A DNA stretch of 64,000 nucleotides from a virus. Made by a program: the position numbers and the translations under genes. Under the pieces are notes generated by a model. The model was not told the DNA's origin, ran no database searches, and saw nothing but the letters and a program-made list of their open reading frames with translations. Where the stretch lies: the IMG/VR virus record IMGVR_UViG_3300025012_000956, positions 1 to 64,000 of that record. One strand, written 5' to 3'. Positions 1-9,682 of this stretch are shown here, in pieces (positions within the stretch are counted from its first letter, which is position 1; each line of letters begins with the position of its first letter).

Positions 1-430
1 GATTAACTTATTATTATAATTCTGGTTCAAACACAACTTCAGGTTCAATAAGCAGTCTTCCAACTGGATTAACTTATTATTATAATTCTGGTTCAAACAC
101 AACTTCAGGTTTAATAAGCAGTCTTCCAACTGGATTAACTTATTATTATAATTATGGTTTAAACACAACTTCAGGTTCAATAAGCAGTCTTCCAACTGGA
201 TTGATTACTTATCTTAATTCTGGTTCAAACACAACTTCTGGTTTAATTAGTGCTTTACCCGATGGATTGACTTACTATTATAATTCTGGTTTAAACACAA
301 CTTCTGGTTTAATTAGTGCTTTACCCGCTGGATTGACTTACTATTATAATACTGGTTCAAACACAACTTCTGGTTTAATTAGTGCTTTACCCGCTGGATT
401 GACTTACTATTATAATACTGGTTCAAACAC
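1..430 (+). repeat. 66-bp coding tandem repeat, about 6.5 copies
   Basis: Unit ggattaacttattattataattctggttcaaacacaacttcaggt...; units start near 1, 67, 133, 199, 265, 331, 397. Confidence 0.95.
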
Positions 431-680
431 AGTAGCAGATTATACTGCTGGTAGAACTTGGGCAAATAATCAACAGTATTTTTTAAGTTTACCAACTGTA
501 GGTAATGGTTTGAGCAGCACAGAAGTTGATAATTTGTTAATCGACTTAGCAAATGTTGTCACATGGACTGGAAATAAAGTTATAAATATTGCTGGGAACA
601 ATGCAGCACGAACTTCTGCTTCAGATGCAGCTAAAGCAACTTTACTTGGAAAGGGTGTAACGGTAACAGTAAATGAATAA
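1..680 (+). CDS. 5'-truncated repeat (LRR-like/solenoid) protein, possibly virion or receptor-binding
   Basis: Frame is open from the window start (codons from nt 3) to TAA at 680; 22-aa repeats GLTYYYNSGSNTTSGxISxLPx followed by a non-repetitive C-terminal cap. Confidence 0.7.
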   Translation, partial: LTYYYNSGSNTTSGSISSLPTGLTYYYNSGSNTTSGLISSLPTGLTYYYNYGLNTTSGSISSLPTGLITYLNSGSNTTSGLISALPDGLTYYYNSGLNTTSGLISALPAGLTYYYNTGSNTTSGLISALPAGLTYYYNTGSNTVADYTAGRTWANNQQYFLSLPTVGNGLSSTEVDNLLIDLANVVTWTGNKVINIAGNNAARTSASDAAKATLLGKGVTVTVNE

Positions 681-1023
681 ATTTATTCCAATTTTTGTTT
701 TATTTCCATTATTTATTTTTGCTCAAGCAAAAGTACCAACAAAAGTACCATTCACTATTTCATTATCTGCAGAAGATACAGCACAATATTCTGCATCAAT
801 TAAAAAAGGTAATTATAAAGATGGTAAGATTAATTTTATTGCAAACAAAAGCAATAAAGATATATCCTGGCGTATAGTTTTTGATAATAAAAATATAATT
901 GCATATTTTGAGAGCATCGGCTACACTTATACTATTTTTGATTTATTTGAAGGCATAAAAGAGGAGTGTGAGAAGTTTATTAAAGATAATGGGTTAATAA
1001 TTAAAGAAGTTCTTAATCCATAA
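673..1023 (+). CDS. hypothetical protein with signal-peptide-like N-terminus
   Basis: MNKFIPIFVLFPLFIFAQA; overlaps the upstream stop. Confidence 0.6.
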   Translation: MNKFIPIFVLFPLFIFAQAKVPTKVPFTISLSAEDTAQYSASIKKGNYKDGKINFIANKSNKDISWRIVFDNKNIIAYFESIGYTYTIFDLFEGIKEECEKFIKDNGLIIKEVLNP

Positions 1024-1288
1024 TGCCAACAATGTAGGAAATTCAAAATAAATTAAATGATTTTGGTTATAATAACTGGTTTGTCTTGGAGTGCAGTTTC
1101 TGGTGAAACTGAATATTGCAAAATGCTTGATAGAAAACTATATGGTGAACATAATAAGCAATATTTAGAATATTCAAATAAATGGCAAGGTGCAACAGAT
1201 GGAGCTACGCTTAATGATGCTTCGGCAGGTGACAAGATAAAAAATTTAATCTTATATATTTATTATAATAAGGAAATGGTGGTTAAGA

Positions 1289-2051
1289 ATGGAGTCAACT
1301 AAAATAAAATATAAAAATAAAATTTATTATCTAAATTCGAAAGATTTAGAGGATAAATCTATTAAAAAGTTGTTTGCATATGTAGATAAAGAATGTAAAC
1401 AATTAGCTAAAACATTTGGTGGTAAAACAATGATGTTTGATAAAAATGACATTAAGGATAAATTAAAAGAAACTAAGATAGCAAATAATAAAACGTTAAT
1501 AGAGAGAAAGTGGATATCATGGTCATCTAAAAATGAAAATATTCCAGTTGGAACAAAAGTAAAAATTGGTGGTCATTTTGGTGACATATCCGGAAGAGTA
1601 GGAGTTGTATCTGATGACTCTACGACTGACAATTTCTCAATTGTAAAAATTTCAGAAAAAAACGAACATTCCACAATTCAGATTTATTAATATACGAAAA
1701 TAAGGGAAAAATAAAGACATTCGGAGGAAATAAAATGAAAAAATCAGAATTAAAACATTTAATAAGAGAAGAAGTATATAAATTCTTAGAAGGATGTGGT
1801 GGGAAACCAGTAAAATATAAAAAATATCAAGATGAAAATGTAGAAGAGGTTGAAAATATAGAAGAACCAATAGAACAGAATCCCGATGAAGAAGATAATA
1901 TAGAAGAAGTATCTCCTCCAGGTTGGTCAGGTACTGTAGGGGCTATGAAAAACATAAAGATGATATAGATAATCCTTGGACACTTTCGTGGTATCTAAAA
2001 AATAAAGGCGCACATCCTCACTATAAACCGATAAAAAATAAAGGAGTATAA
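1289..2051 (+). CDS. hypothetical phage protein(s), broken by two A-run frameshifts
   Basis: ORF 1289-1690 (KOW/SH3-like end) rejoins the frame of 1735 if the A7 at 1656-1662 gains one A; ORF 1735-1968 continues ...AMKKHKDDIDNPWTLSWYLKNKG... to TAA 2051 if the A5 at 1948-1952 gains one A. Confidence 0.5.
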
Positions 2052-2054
2052 AAA

Positions 2055-2342
2055 ATGATAAAAGTGAAAGTTCAACATAAATTGGCATGGGAAGGAAATG
2101 AATCAACACCAGCACCTATGGTTTGGGCATTTATTGGTAATACTAAGCCATATGAATCAATTTTTAAAGAAATAACCGGACTAACGGAGACGGCGGACAG
2201 TAGAGAACATGCGGGAAAATTTTATTTTAATAATATCAATAAGTGGTGGTACGTACGAGATAAAAGCGCGGCAAATTTAGCAATTAAAAAAATAAATATA
2301 TTAGAGAAATTCGAGGCAGCTAAACTGTATTGGAATATCTAA
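2055..2342 (+). CDS. hypothetical protein
   Basis: ORF with AGGAG RBS at 2042-2046. Confidence 0.6.
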   Translation: MIKVKVQHKLAWEGNESTPAPMVWAFIGNTKPYESIFKEITGLTETADSREHAGKFYFNNINKWWYVRDKSAANLAIKKINILEKFEAAKLYWNI

Positions 2343-2368
2343 TTTTTAAAACATAACGGAGAAAGGAA

Positions 2369-2896
2369 ATGATAATATCAGGTTCATTTGTAACTGGATC
2401 AGCAATAACTATATCCAGAATTAATAGTTCATCAATATTAGCAGAAGCATTATTTACTACTGTAGAATCTTGTAACATTCAACAAAATGGATTTGTAAAT
2501 GCACTGGCTCAGTTTACCGACTGTGATGCAGACTTTTGGGTAGAACTTGATGGGACACGTGTAGGACCAGTTGGTTCTTTTTCTGCACCCCAATCTGGAT
2601 GGCTGCAAAATATAGCAATATCTAGTGTAACAACCTTACTTAGTTCGGGTGGACACACTGCATCTCTATGTGGTAGAAAAGTAGAAGGCGACGGTATAGT
2701 ATATGTTAATTCAGCAGGATTATCAGTTATACCATTAGAAACAACATCTGGTGAAATAACACGACTTAATAATGTATTAGTAACTGGATCATTAGATATA
2801 TCCGGCTCACTTATATTTACATCTGTTTCTGGAACACAGTGGCAATTGTTTATTAATTCAGTAGATGGATCAGTAACTGCAAGTGCAGTAGTATAA
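2369..2896 (+). CDS. putative structural/tail-fibre-like protein (SGS/TGS-rich, beta-rich)
   Basis: Ser/Gly/Thr-rich composition, VTGSLDISGS motifs, RBS present. Confidence 0.45.
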   Translation: MIISGSFVTGSAITISRINSSSILAEALFTTVESCNIQQNGFVNALAQFTDCDADFWVELDGTRVGPVGSFSAPQSGWLQNIAISSVTTLLSSGGHTASLCGRKVEGDGIVYVNSAGLSVIPLETTSGEITRLNNVLVTGSLDISGSLIFTSVSGTQWQLFINSVDGSVTASAVV

Positions 2897-3036
2897 AAGA
2901 ATAGACAGTGGTACCCTAGATGCGTATAAAAGATTTAGCATATGCTAAAGAATATAAAGAGAATCCATTTTTGTAGATGAAGAAGATGGTACTAAATGTG
3001 CTGTGGTTGATGGAAAAAATAACAGATGCTTATTAA

Positions 3037-5058
3037 ATGAATAAAGATCTTGCAACAATTATAGATCTGGATAAAATAGCCAGTGAACTGGTTTATAGAG
3101 TAGGGATCCCCGATTTTAAGAATAATGACCACTTAGCTATCCTGATAGAAATTTTAAAAAATTTCAATTGGCCCAAACAGGGCATCCAAGCATTAATAAG
3201 AAACCTAATATTAGTTTCAGAAGCAACACCAACATCTCAAAAAAAAGTAAAGGTTTATTTACAAAAAGGAGAAGAAGCTCCTAAGGATAGAAAGGTTAAA
3301 AAGGGTCCTAGAGGTGGGACATATTATGATGCAACATCTGAAGAAAAAGCTAAAATTGAAAAATCAAGAATACAAAAACCTATAAATAATAAATCTACTA
3401 TTGCTCCTGTAGATAAAACAGTTCAGCGTCAACAAAAAATAATTACTAAAGAACCAATACAAAAAAAGAATATAGACACAAAAGAAGAAATTATTACTCC
3501 TGAACATATTCAACGAGTACAGAAGGCACTTGAAAAAACTAAAAGTACTACCAGTTTTTTACAAAATGAACCAGAAACACAGAAAATAGTAAATAGTTTT
3601 ATTGGTGATGTAAATGTATTATTAAAAACAAGAAATAAAGATTTAGCAAAAAAGATGGTGGACAAATATAAACTTGAGCATAATAATGAAAACGCTAAAC
3701 TTGGAGAAAAATCTAAACTTTATTTAAGATCTGTGAACTTAAAATATAGAAAAATATTTAGTGGTCTTGAAGGAAATGTAGCATCAACTACATTGGCAAA
3801 AATATTATATGATTCTGGAGCACTTAGTAAAAAAGGTAAGATGAGTAAAAAGTCTATGACAGCAAATAAAATCTTTACTGAATCTGAGCAATTACCTATT
3901 AAGAAAACTGATGCTGGTATACAAATTGGAAATATAACCGTTAAACATGCTAAAAATTATGATTATAATAAATTACCTCAGATGTTTATGAATTCTCAGG
4001 GTTTAAGTAAGAAAGAAGCAATTCAAAAAACAAAAGAATTAAAACTAAGAGTTGAAAGACACAATTTTATTATAAATAATTTTAGTAGTATTTTTAGTGG
4101 TGCGAATCTAAATACGTTGAAGGTGTGTCCTAAGTGTGATGTTACAACTTCAGAAGGTAGAACTTTTACTAAAAAAACAGCTACAGATATCTTACTAAAT
4201 AAAATAACAGAACTAGGGGGTAAAGATAAAACAATTACTGAAATTACAAAATCACTAAACGCATTAAATAATATTACAGATAAAGATAAATATGAAACTG
4301 AATTAAATGATATATTATTTAAAATATCAAATAATAAATCTACAACTTCAACATCAGCTGACTTAACAGAAATAATTGATTATTTGAGATTATTAAACAG
4401 AGACATAATAGCATATTTTCCATCAGAATCTAATTTTGCCTTAGGAGATATATTAACTTTTACTGATAGGCAACCCACAATAAAGGATATTCTAGGTGCT
4501 AAAAATTTAAGTTCAATATTTGTTAGTTTAGAAAACAGGAGTGTAAAAAAAGGAACAGGTGGAGCATCTTCATCTGAAAATAAAATTAAATTGACAAAAT
4601 TTAAATCTAAAGATACTCAAACTAATTTAGTGAAAATTGTAGATATATATGATTCTCTTATTAACAAAGATAACGTGACAGAAGCAGATAAATTAATCAG
4701 AACATTAGAACAAAAATATTCTAGTTATTTGACAGAAGATGATACTTATGTAAAATATATAAGAGGTAGAGATAATTGGGTTGCAGATAATTCTAAAAAG
4801 CTTCACAATAAAGAAGTATGGAAAAGATATTATCAATTAGGATATATGCTACAAACTATTTATAATAATGATGTGTCAATTCAAGCATTTCAAAATTCAA
4901 AATATAATGTAAGGACAAAGAGTGTAGATCATGAATTATCAGATGGTGTTAATGTAGTTGCAAAACTTGAATTTACACCGAGTATGATAAGAACATCAAC
5001 TAGAAAACCATTGAATAAATATGGAACTAGATTTCATCATGTAGTAAATAAATATTAA
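3037..5058 (+). CDS. large Lys-rich hypothetical protein
   Basis: 673-aa ORF; KGPRGG motif; no confident family. Confidence 0.6.
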   Translation: MNKDLATIIDLDKIASELVYRVGIPDFKNNDHLAILIEILKNFNWPKQGIQALIRNLILVSEATPTSQKKVKVYLQKGEEAPKDRKVKKGPRGGTYYDATSEEKAKIEKSRIQKPINNKSTIAPVDKTVQRQQKIITKEPIQKKNIDTKEEIITPEHIQRVQKALEKTKSTTSFLQNEPETQKIVNSFIGDVNVLLKTRNKDLAKKMVDKYKLEHNNENAKLGEKSKLYLRSVNLKYRKIFSGLEGNVASTTLAKILYDSGALSKKGKMSKKSMTANKIFTESEQLPIKKTDAGIQIGNITVKHAKNYDYNKLPQMFMNSQGLSKKEAIQKTKELKLRVERHNFIINNFSSIFSGANLNTLKVCPKCDVTTSEGRTFTKKTATDILLNKITELGGKDKTITEITKSLNALNNITDKDKYETELNDILFKISNNKSTTSTSADLTEIIDYLRLLNRDIIAYFPSESNFALGDILTFTDRQPTIKDILGAKNLSSIFVSLENRSVKKGTGGASSSENKIKLTKFKSKDTQTNLVKIVDIYDSLINKDNVTEADKLIRTLEQKYSSYLTEDDTYVKYIRGRDNWVADNSKKLHNKEVWKRYYQLGYMLQTIYNNDVSIQAFQNSKYNVRTKSVDHELSDGVNVVAKLEFTPSMIRTSTRKPLNKYGTRFHHVVNKY

Positions 5059-5070
5059 ACGGAAAAAATT

Positions 5071-5475
5071 ATGGAAAGTCAGTTACTTATAACGTTTACA
5101 ACAGGAAAAAAATTAGATGAAACTTTGGTAGAAATTCAAAATGCTTATAAATTATTATATGATAAAATATTTATATTACAAGATGAGGAAAATGAAAAAG
5201 AGGTAATCTGTAGTTATAATATAGATTTACATGAAACTATAGATGGAGATAAGATACCTAGAAATACAATTGGAGTACATAGGAAAAAGCAAACTAATAC
5301 TTTATATACAATAAATGCTTTAAATTATTTGATTACCGTGTTGAACGATGGAAAATTAGATAAACAATTTCCAGTACCATGGCAAAATTATTCTAACATG
5401 GTGTTGGTAACAAATAATGGTGAATTTAAAAAAATTAAAACGAGGTTATTGAAAATTGTAGAATTAAATGGATGA
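5071..5475 (+). CDS. phage hypothetical protein upstream of SSB
   Basis: 134-aa ORF containing HRKKQTNTLYTINALN. Confidence 0.6.
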   Translation: MESQLLITFTTGKKLDETLVEIQNAYKLLYDKIFILQDEENEKEVICSYNIDLHETIDGDKIPRNTIGVHRKKQTNTLYTINALNYLITVLNDGKLDKQFPVPWQNYSNMVLVTNNGEFKKIKTRLLKIVELNG

Positions 5476-5622
5476 AAAAGTTAAATGAAATTCTACTTTA
5501 TTGATAAATTTTTATAATAAAAAGAAATTCTTCTTATATTTATTACTAATGGTAGTTATTTAAATATAATAATTACTTATTAACTATTAAATATTAACTA
5601 ATAAATTACAAGGAGAATTGTT

Positions 5623-6438
5623 ATGAACACATCCAGTCAAACAAATGATCTTTTAAAAAAAGTCAAAGATCGTCTAAAAACACTTCAAGATTCAAACAAG
5701 CGAACAACTGGAACATGGAAACCAAAAGGTGTACATGTTATTAGGATGTTGCCCTACAAGTTCAATGAATATCCGTTTATTGAATTATATTTTCATTATG
5801 ACATATTCAAAAACAGTGAAATATCCCCTATTTCATTTGGTGATCCAGACCCAGTAGTAGAAGCTGCTGAAAAATTAAAAGCAGAACGAGACAAAGAATC
5901 GTTTATATTAAGTAGAAAACTAATGCCTAAACTGAGAACCTACGTTCCCATTATTGTAAGGGGAGAAGAGGCTGCTGGTGTTAGATATTGGGGGTTTGGA
6001 AAAGAAATATATGAAGCTATATTAAAATATATGGATGATCCAGAATATGGTAATGTATTCGATCCTGATACAGGAGTGGATTTTGATCTTGAATATACTC
6101 CTCCAGAACAAGCTGGAAATACTTATGGCAAGATATCAATTAAGGCAAAAAGAAATTCAACCAAATTGGCTGATTCTCCTGAACTGGTTCAGAAGTGGCT
6201 TAATACTCAAACCAATATTAATGAAGTATATAAGGTGAAAAGTTACGAAGAATTAAAGGACATGTTGAATGAATGGTTAGAAAAAGCTAGCGAAGATACT
6301 GGAGAAGAAACTGGAACTGAAGATGAAAAAGAACCTGAAGCTAAAGAGCAAAAAAAAGATGAAGTTAAATCTTCAAAAACAGTAAAAGATGCGAGCGCAG
6401 CATTTAACGAACTATTTAACAAAAACAAAAAAATATAA
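5623..6438 (+). CDS. single-stranded DNA-binding protein (gp32-like)
   Basis: IRMLP, FHY, GVRYWGFGKEIY, D-P-x-x-G-x-D-F motifs and acidic C-terminal region; first gene of the replication operon. Confidence 0.8.
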   Translation: MNTSSQTNDLLKKVKDRLKTLQDSNKRTTGTWKPKGVHVIRMLPYKFNEYPFIELYFHYDIFKNSEISPISFGDPDPVVEAAEKLKAERDKESFILSRKLMPKLRTYVPIIVRGEEAAGVRYWGFGKEIYEAILKYMDDPEYGNVFDPDTGVDFDLEYTPPEQAGNTYGKISIKAKRNSTKLADSPELVQKWLNTQTNINEVYKVKSYEELKDMLNEWLEKASEDTGEETGTEDEKEPEAKEQKKDEVKSSKTVKDASAAFNELFNKNKKI

Positions 6439-6454
6439 TAACCAGAGTTGACGT

Positions 6455-6772
6455 ATGAAGAAAGAAAAAAATAGTACTGAGAAGGCTGACCAATCTGAAA
6501 AAAATGTAGTTAAGCATGAAACCAGAGATAAACTTATTAGCGAAGTTTATAAAATGATTAACGAATCTGAGTCTGATTATTTTGCAACATTTTTAGATGA
6601 GGAAGAATCGACATCAACTATTATAGATTGGGTCTCTACAGGAGACCCAATTTTGGATATCCACATAAGCAATAGAATGAATGGAGGCATTGCAGTCGGG
6701 CGAATTTCAGAAATTAATGGATTAGAGTCATGTGTAACTGAGGATACACTTATTGATATAATAGTTGAATAA
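6455..6772 (+). CDS. uvsX: RecA/UvsX N-terminal fragment (92 aa) plus 13-aa split-intein N-part
   Basis: WVSTG..LD...GGIAVGRISEINGLES is the RecA region up to mid Walker A, followed by CVTEDTLIDIIVE* (intein block A, 6731-6769). Confidence 0.9.
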   Translation: MKKEKNSTEKADQSEKNVVKHETRDKLISEVYKMINESESDYFATFLDEEESTSTIIDWVSTGDPILDIHISNRMNGGIAVGRISEINGLESCVTEDTLIDIIVE

Positions 6773-6847
6773 AATAATGTTCAACCTAAGAATAAGAATT
6801 TTGCAAAGGGTAAAGATAGTAATAGTTATGGAAGATCACCATCAATT

Positions 6848-7300
6848 ATGTCTGGGAGGGGAATCAATGGATATTTAAATTATTACGATAATAAAATATA
6901 TTTTAGAAGTAGTCTAGAGATGTTAGTTTATATTTATTTATGTGAAAATAATGTAAGGTTTGAATTATCCAAACATAGAATAGAGTATGATAACGGAAAT
7001 AAGACATATAATCCAGATATAGTTATTGATAATACAATAATAGAAATAAAACCAAAATTTCTATTAAATTGTAAAACAGTTGTGGACAAATTAGAAGCTC
7101 TCAAAAATTATTGTAATATATTTAACCTTAAATTTAAAATAATTACAGAAGATTCATATGAAATATGGAAATATTTCAATAAAGATTTTATAGAATTGTT
7201 AATAAAAGAAAATAAATTGATATTATCAGATAAACAAAAAGAAAGATTATATAACTATAATTGGAAGTTTAATTATGGACATACAAAAAATAAAAATTAA
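6848..7300 (+). CDS. free-standing PD-(D/E)XK (TnsA-N-like) putative homing endonuclease, probably 5'-truncated
   Basis: FRSSLE...YNPDIVI...IEIKP; frame stays open back to 6773. Confidence 0.75.
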   Translation: MSGRGINGYLNYYDNKIYFRSSLEMLVYIYLCENNVRFELSKHRIEYDNGNKTYNPDIVIDNTIIEIKPKFLLNCKTVVDKLEALKNYCNIFNLKFKIITEDSYEIWKYFNKDFIELLIKENKLILSDKQKERLYNYNWKFNYGHTKNKN

Positions 7301-8579
7301 AGATGTTAAAAAGTTACTCGATTCGGGCAAAATAGTAAGGGTGAAAACTCTAAATGGAGATTTTACTAAGATTAAGAATTATATTACTAAAGGAATACTA
7401 GATACATATGAAATTGAACTTGAAAACCTTAATAAGATTAAGGTTTCGGCAACCCATCTGTTTTTTAGTAATATTGGATGGATTAAAACCGAAAATCTGA
7501 AAGTCAATAAACATAGTTTGTTGTGTGATGATGGTGGGTACCATCTTGTTAAGAAAATAGAATATGTAGGAAAACATAATATAGTTGATATAGGTGTAGA
7601 ACATTTAGAACAGTGCTATTTCGGTAATGGAATACTTAATCATAATTCTGGAAAATCTTTGTTAATCGGTCACATATTAGCAGAAACTCAGAAAAAAGAT
7701 GGAATTGCCGTATTAATAGATACTGAAGATGCGATTGATAGAGATTTTTTAAAAATTATAGGCGTGGATCTAAATAAATTAATTTATGTAAATACAAATT
7801 TAATAGAAGATGTATTTGAAATAATTGAGAGTATTATAGAAAAGGTTAGAAAAGATGACTCTAATAAACTTATTACCATAGCAGTTGATTCTATAATGGG
7901 CGCAACGGATAAAACAGAAGATGAAGCGGGCTGGGACAAAGCAGGTTATAAGACTCAAAAAGCAATTATCATTGGACAAGCAATGAGAAAAATAACTCAT
8001 ACGATTGCAAAATATAGAATTGCGCTTGTGTTTACTAATCAATTAAGAACCAAGCTCGGGGTACTTTGGGGAGATCCTCTCACAACATCCGGAGGTAAAG
8101 CTATTGGATTTCATGCATCACTCAGACTTAGATTAAAAATGTTATCTCAGATAAAATTGAAGGACAAAACTGTTGGTATTAAGGTAAACTGTACTGTAAA
8201 AAAGAGCAGATTTGGTTCAATGTATAATTCATGTAACTTTGATATTTATTTTGATAGAGGACTAGATCCTATTTCAACTTGGTTTGAAGAAGGAAAACGA
8301 TATAAAATAATAATTCCTGCAAAAAAATTGGATGATGTTGGTAAAAAAATGAAAGAAGTGAAGGGATGGAACATGTTAGATACTGATGAAAATCAACCTG
8401 AGCACTTTTTCCAACTACCGTCGTTTGAAGAAAAAATATTAAAAAATTCGGAAAAAAAGGAATACTTATATACAAAATTAGTTGACAATATTCTTCTAAA
8501 ATATAAGAACAGGTCTCAACTTATTCCTATGGATAAAGAAGAGCTGAAGTATATAGGCGATGAAGAAGATGAAGGATAA
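7275..8579 (+). CDS. uvsX: split-intein C-part (124 aa, 7275-7646) plus RecA/UvsX C-terminal fragment
   Basis: SATH (block B), VDIGVE...YFGNGILNHN|SGKS; then IDTEDA, VDSI, FTNQLR, TSGGKAIGFHASLRL RecA motifs. Confidence 0.92.
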   Translation: MDIQKIKIKDVKKLLDSGKIVRVKTLNGDFTKIKNYITKGILDTYEIELENLNKIKVSATHLFFSNIGWIKTENLKVNKHSLLCDDGGYHLVKKIEYVGKHNIVDIGVEHLEQCYFGNGILNHNSGKSLLIGHILAETQKKDGIAVLIDTEDAIDRDFLKIIGVDLNKLIYVNTNLIEDVFEIIESIIEKVRKDDSNKLITIAVDSIMGATDKTEDEAGWDKAGYKTQKAIIIGQAMRKITHTIAKYRIALVFTNQLRTKLGVLWGDPLTTSGGKAIGFHASLRLRLKMLSQIKLKDKTVGIKVNCTVKKSRFGSMYNSCNFDIYFDRGLDPISTWFEEGKRYKIIIPAKKLDDVGKKMKEVKGWNMLDTDENQPEHFFQLPSFEEKILKNSEKKEYLYTKLVDNILLKYKNRSQLIPMDKEELKYIGDEEDEG

Positions 8580-9627
8580 GTTTAGAGCTATTTTAGATGA
8601 AATAGAAAAAGACAATAGAGGTTTAAGTTCACAAAACATAAATTCTAGAATATTACTAGTAGATGGTTTAAATAATTATATTAGAATTTGGGTCATTATG
8701 CCAACTGTTAATGAAGACGGAACTCACGTTGGAGGAATTGTTGGATTTTTACAGACGTTGGGTTTAGCAATTCGGACGCTTCGACCAACTAGACTAATAG
8801 TTACTTTCGATGGGAAGGGCGGCTCCTTGCGTAGGAGAAAACTATATCCACAATATAAACAGAATAGAGGACGAGGCGTTCGTTTAAATAGAACCCATAA
8901 TTGGGCAGATGATGCAGAAGAATCTAAACAGATGATGTATCAATTAATGAGGGTTATAAAATATTTAAGTCAACTACCATGTACAGTAATTTCAGTAGAT
9001 AATATCGAAGCAGATGACACAATAGGATATATATGTGAGTTATGCAGAGAAAATGATGATACTGAAAGTTTATTTATAATGTCTTCAGATAAAGATTTTT
9101 ATCAACTAGTAGATAAAAAAATAAAAATTTGGAATCCAGTTAAAAAGAAAATGACTGAATATAATGATATTATAAATGAATTTAATATTCAGCCATATAA
9201 TTTTTTATTATTTAAGGCTATGAACGGTGACAGTAGTGATAACTTACCAAAGATAAAAGGTATAGGAAAAAAGACAGGAATTAAAAATTTTCCTTTATTA
9301 ACTGAAACAACCCAATATAGTACAACTGATGTATTAAAGTATGCTCAGGAGCACCAGGATAGCTCCAGATTATGCAGAATACTTCTAGATAATAGTAAAC
9401 AATATGAATTAAATTACATACTTATGAGGCTCGCTGGAGGTAATATAAGCAAATCAGCTGCTTTACATATTTTAGATAAGTTCAATTCTAAACCTCATAA
9501 ACTAGATCACCATAGTATTCAAGAACTAGTATTAGAGGACAAACTTTGGTCTTCATTTCCGAACATAAACTCATGGGTAAATTTAAATTTTGCCCGTTTG
9601 AACTTTTTCGCGATGAAAAATAAATAA
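8560..9627 (+). CDS. 5'-3' exonuclease / flap endonuclease (T4 RNase H-like)
   Basis: LLVDG, FDGKGG..RR.LYP.YK.NR, EADDTIG, SSDKDFYQL, GDSSDNLP.IKGIG. Confidence 0.92.
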   Translation: MKKMKDKFRAILDEIEKDNRGLSSQNINSRILLVDGLNNYIRIWVIMPTVNEDGTHVGGIVGFLQTLGLAIRTLRPTRLIVTFDGKGGSLRRRKLYPQYKQNRGRGVRLNRTHNWADDAEESKQMMYQLMRVIKYLSQLPCTVISVDNIEADDTIGYICELCRENDDTESLFIMSSDKDFYQLVDKKIKIWNPVKKKMTEYNDIINEFNIQPYNFLLFKAMNGDSSDNLPKIKGIGKKTGIKNFPLLTETTQYSTTDVLKYAQEHQDSSRLCRILLDNSKQYELNYILMRLAGGNISKSAALHILDKFNSKPHKLDHHSIQELVLEDKLWSSFPNINSWVNLNFARLNFFAMKNK

Positions 9628-9682
9628 TTTTATTACTTTTTAAATTGTAAATTTGTAGAAATTAAAGAATGGTAACATCTAA

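Noticed and set aside
1-430. 66-bp repeats as a CRISPR array or DGR
   Set aside because: Units are contiguous and in frame with no unique spacers; no reverse transcriptase or template/variable pair is visible
1057-1302. 81-aa ORF as a real gene
   Set aside because: No RBS or motif and its 3' end runs through the promoter-like motif; more likely a gene remnant
2897-3036. 16-bp palindrome TTTAGCATATGCTAAA (2934-2949) as an operator or terminator
   Set aside because: Single occurrence, no U-tract, and it lies in what looks like decayed coding sequence
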